Of a stretch of 64,000 bases of DNA, positions 63,205 to 64,000 are shown in pieces (position 1 is the first letter of the stretch; each line of letters begins with the position of its first letter). The DNA comes from Thermoplasmata archaeon (lineage in GTDB: Archaea > Thermoplasmatota > Thermoplasmata > Thermoplasmatales > ARK-15), in contig JBAMMA010000001.1 of assembly GCA_039794005.1 (NCBI GenBank), forward strand, positions 94,057 to 158,056, in the 5' to 3' direction. The notes beneath the pieces were generated by a model. The model was not told the DNA's origin. It was given only the letters and a program-made list of their open reading frames with translations, and did no database searches. Made by a program: the position numbers and the translations under genes.

Positions 63205-63289
63205 TGCGGAGGGGGAGATTTGAACTCCCGAATCCCTGCGGAACGAGACCCTGAATCTCGCACCTTTGGCCAGGCTCGGTAACCTCCGC
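63205..63289 (-). tRNA. tRNA-Leu (CAG)
   Basis: Reverse complement GCGGAGGTTACCGAGCCTGGCCAAAGGTGCGAGATTCAGGGTCTCGTTCCGCAGGGATTCGGGAGTTCAAATCTCCCCCTCCGCA; long variable arm, A73. Confidence 0.96.
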
Positions 63290-63318
63290 AAAACGTATCT
63301 GAATATGAATAAAAATAA

Positions 63319-63894
63319 TTATAATTTTTGGCTTAAAATTTTTATTAAATCTGTTTTTGTTATAATTCCCACAAGTTTACCCCTGGAAATTACGAGAACA
63401 GCCTGATATTGTTTTAACAAATATGAAACAATCTTTATAGATGTGTTTTCTGAAATTTGTGGAAATGAATCTTCCATATAATCCTTTATTTTTTTATTTT
63501 TTATATTATTTTTTAATTTTTCATTGTTTAAAAGTTTATTAACCAATTCTTCAGTTATACTTCCAACAATGACGTCATTATCCAATACTGGTAGCTGTGA
63601 AATACCATTGTTTATCATTATATTGATCGCCTTTTCAATGGTATCATTGGAATTTACTGAAATTACATTTCTAGTCATTATTTCTTTGGCTGTAATTTCA
63701 TTGTTTAAATTTTGATCCAAGTAACTCTCCAAAACTGAATATATTTTCCTTATATTTTCATATGTAGGATTAATGTCTCCCTTTTCCAATCTTGCAATAT
63801 AAGATTGACTAAGGCCTACTAAATCGGCAAGTTGCTTTTGGGTTAATCCAATTTTTATTCTAAGCCCCTTTATTTCTTCTAGGGAAGGTAACAT
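63319..63894 (-). CDS. XRE-HTH + tandem CBS domain transcriptional regulator
   Basis: GLTQKQLA..LSQSYIARLEKG; CBS GISQLPV, GIITKTD. Confidence 0.92.
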   Translation of the reverse strand: MLPSLEEIKGLRIKIGLTQKQLADLVGLSQSYIARLEKGDINPTYENIRKIYSVLESYLDQNLNNEITAKEIMTRNVISVNSNDTIEKAINIMINNGISQLPVLDNDVIVGSITEELVNKLLNNEKLKNNIKNKKIKDYMEDSFPQISENTSIKIVSYLLKQYQAVLVISRGKLVGIITKTDLIKILSQKL

Positions 63895-64000
63895 CAAAAA
63901 TATAAAAATAATTTTAACTATTTAAAACTGTTTAAAATACAAATTAATAATGCTTGCTGACATGGCGCATATTAAAATATAACAATTTTTATGATATTGG

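Noticed and set aside
63091-63291. 66 aa minus-strand ORF
   Set aside because: Overlaps tRNA-Leu and the radical SAM 3' end; a by-product of the GC-rich tRNA

Overview
AT-rich, gene-dense core-genome segment of an archaeon, most likely a basal Thermoplasmata lineage (Aciduliprofundum-like). That placement is inferred from the unsplit RpoB, N-terminally extended Rpo1C, retained L30e, split transketolase plus transaldolase, and GGTGA/GGAGG ribosome-binding sites. It holds about 60 CDS and three tRNAs (Cys-GCA, Lys-TTT, Leu-CAG). Main blocks: an 11-gene siroheme-dependent (Ahb) heme supercluster, three KaiC/RAD55-like ATPases, sufCBD, an SCP2-led beta-oxidation operon, the rpoH-B-A'-A''-L30e-nusA operon, MetRS, LeuRS and non-oxidative pentose phosphate genes. 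No CRISPR array, rRNA, intact IS element or intein is visible. Best leads: (1) a tandem acyl-CoA dehydrogenase pair with complementary motif loss, predicting an obligate heteromeric enzyme; (2) a ModE-wHTH/ADP-ribose-type Nudix fusion divergent from an MFS transporter; (3) a DUF2250 wHTH + GvpD/KaiC-like ATPase + roadblock module, plus a nearby split KaiC pair; (4) a divergent second hemD preceded by an apparent relic of the cobA 3' end. All calls come from motif recognition by eye; no searches were run.
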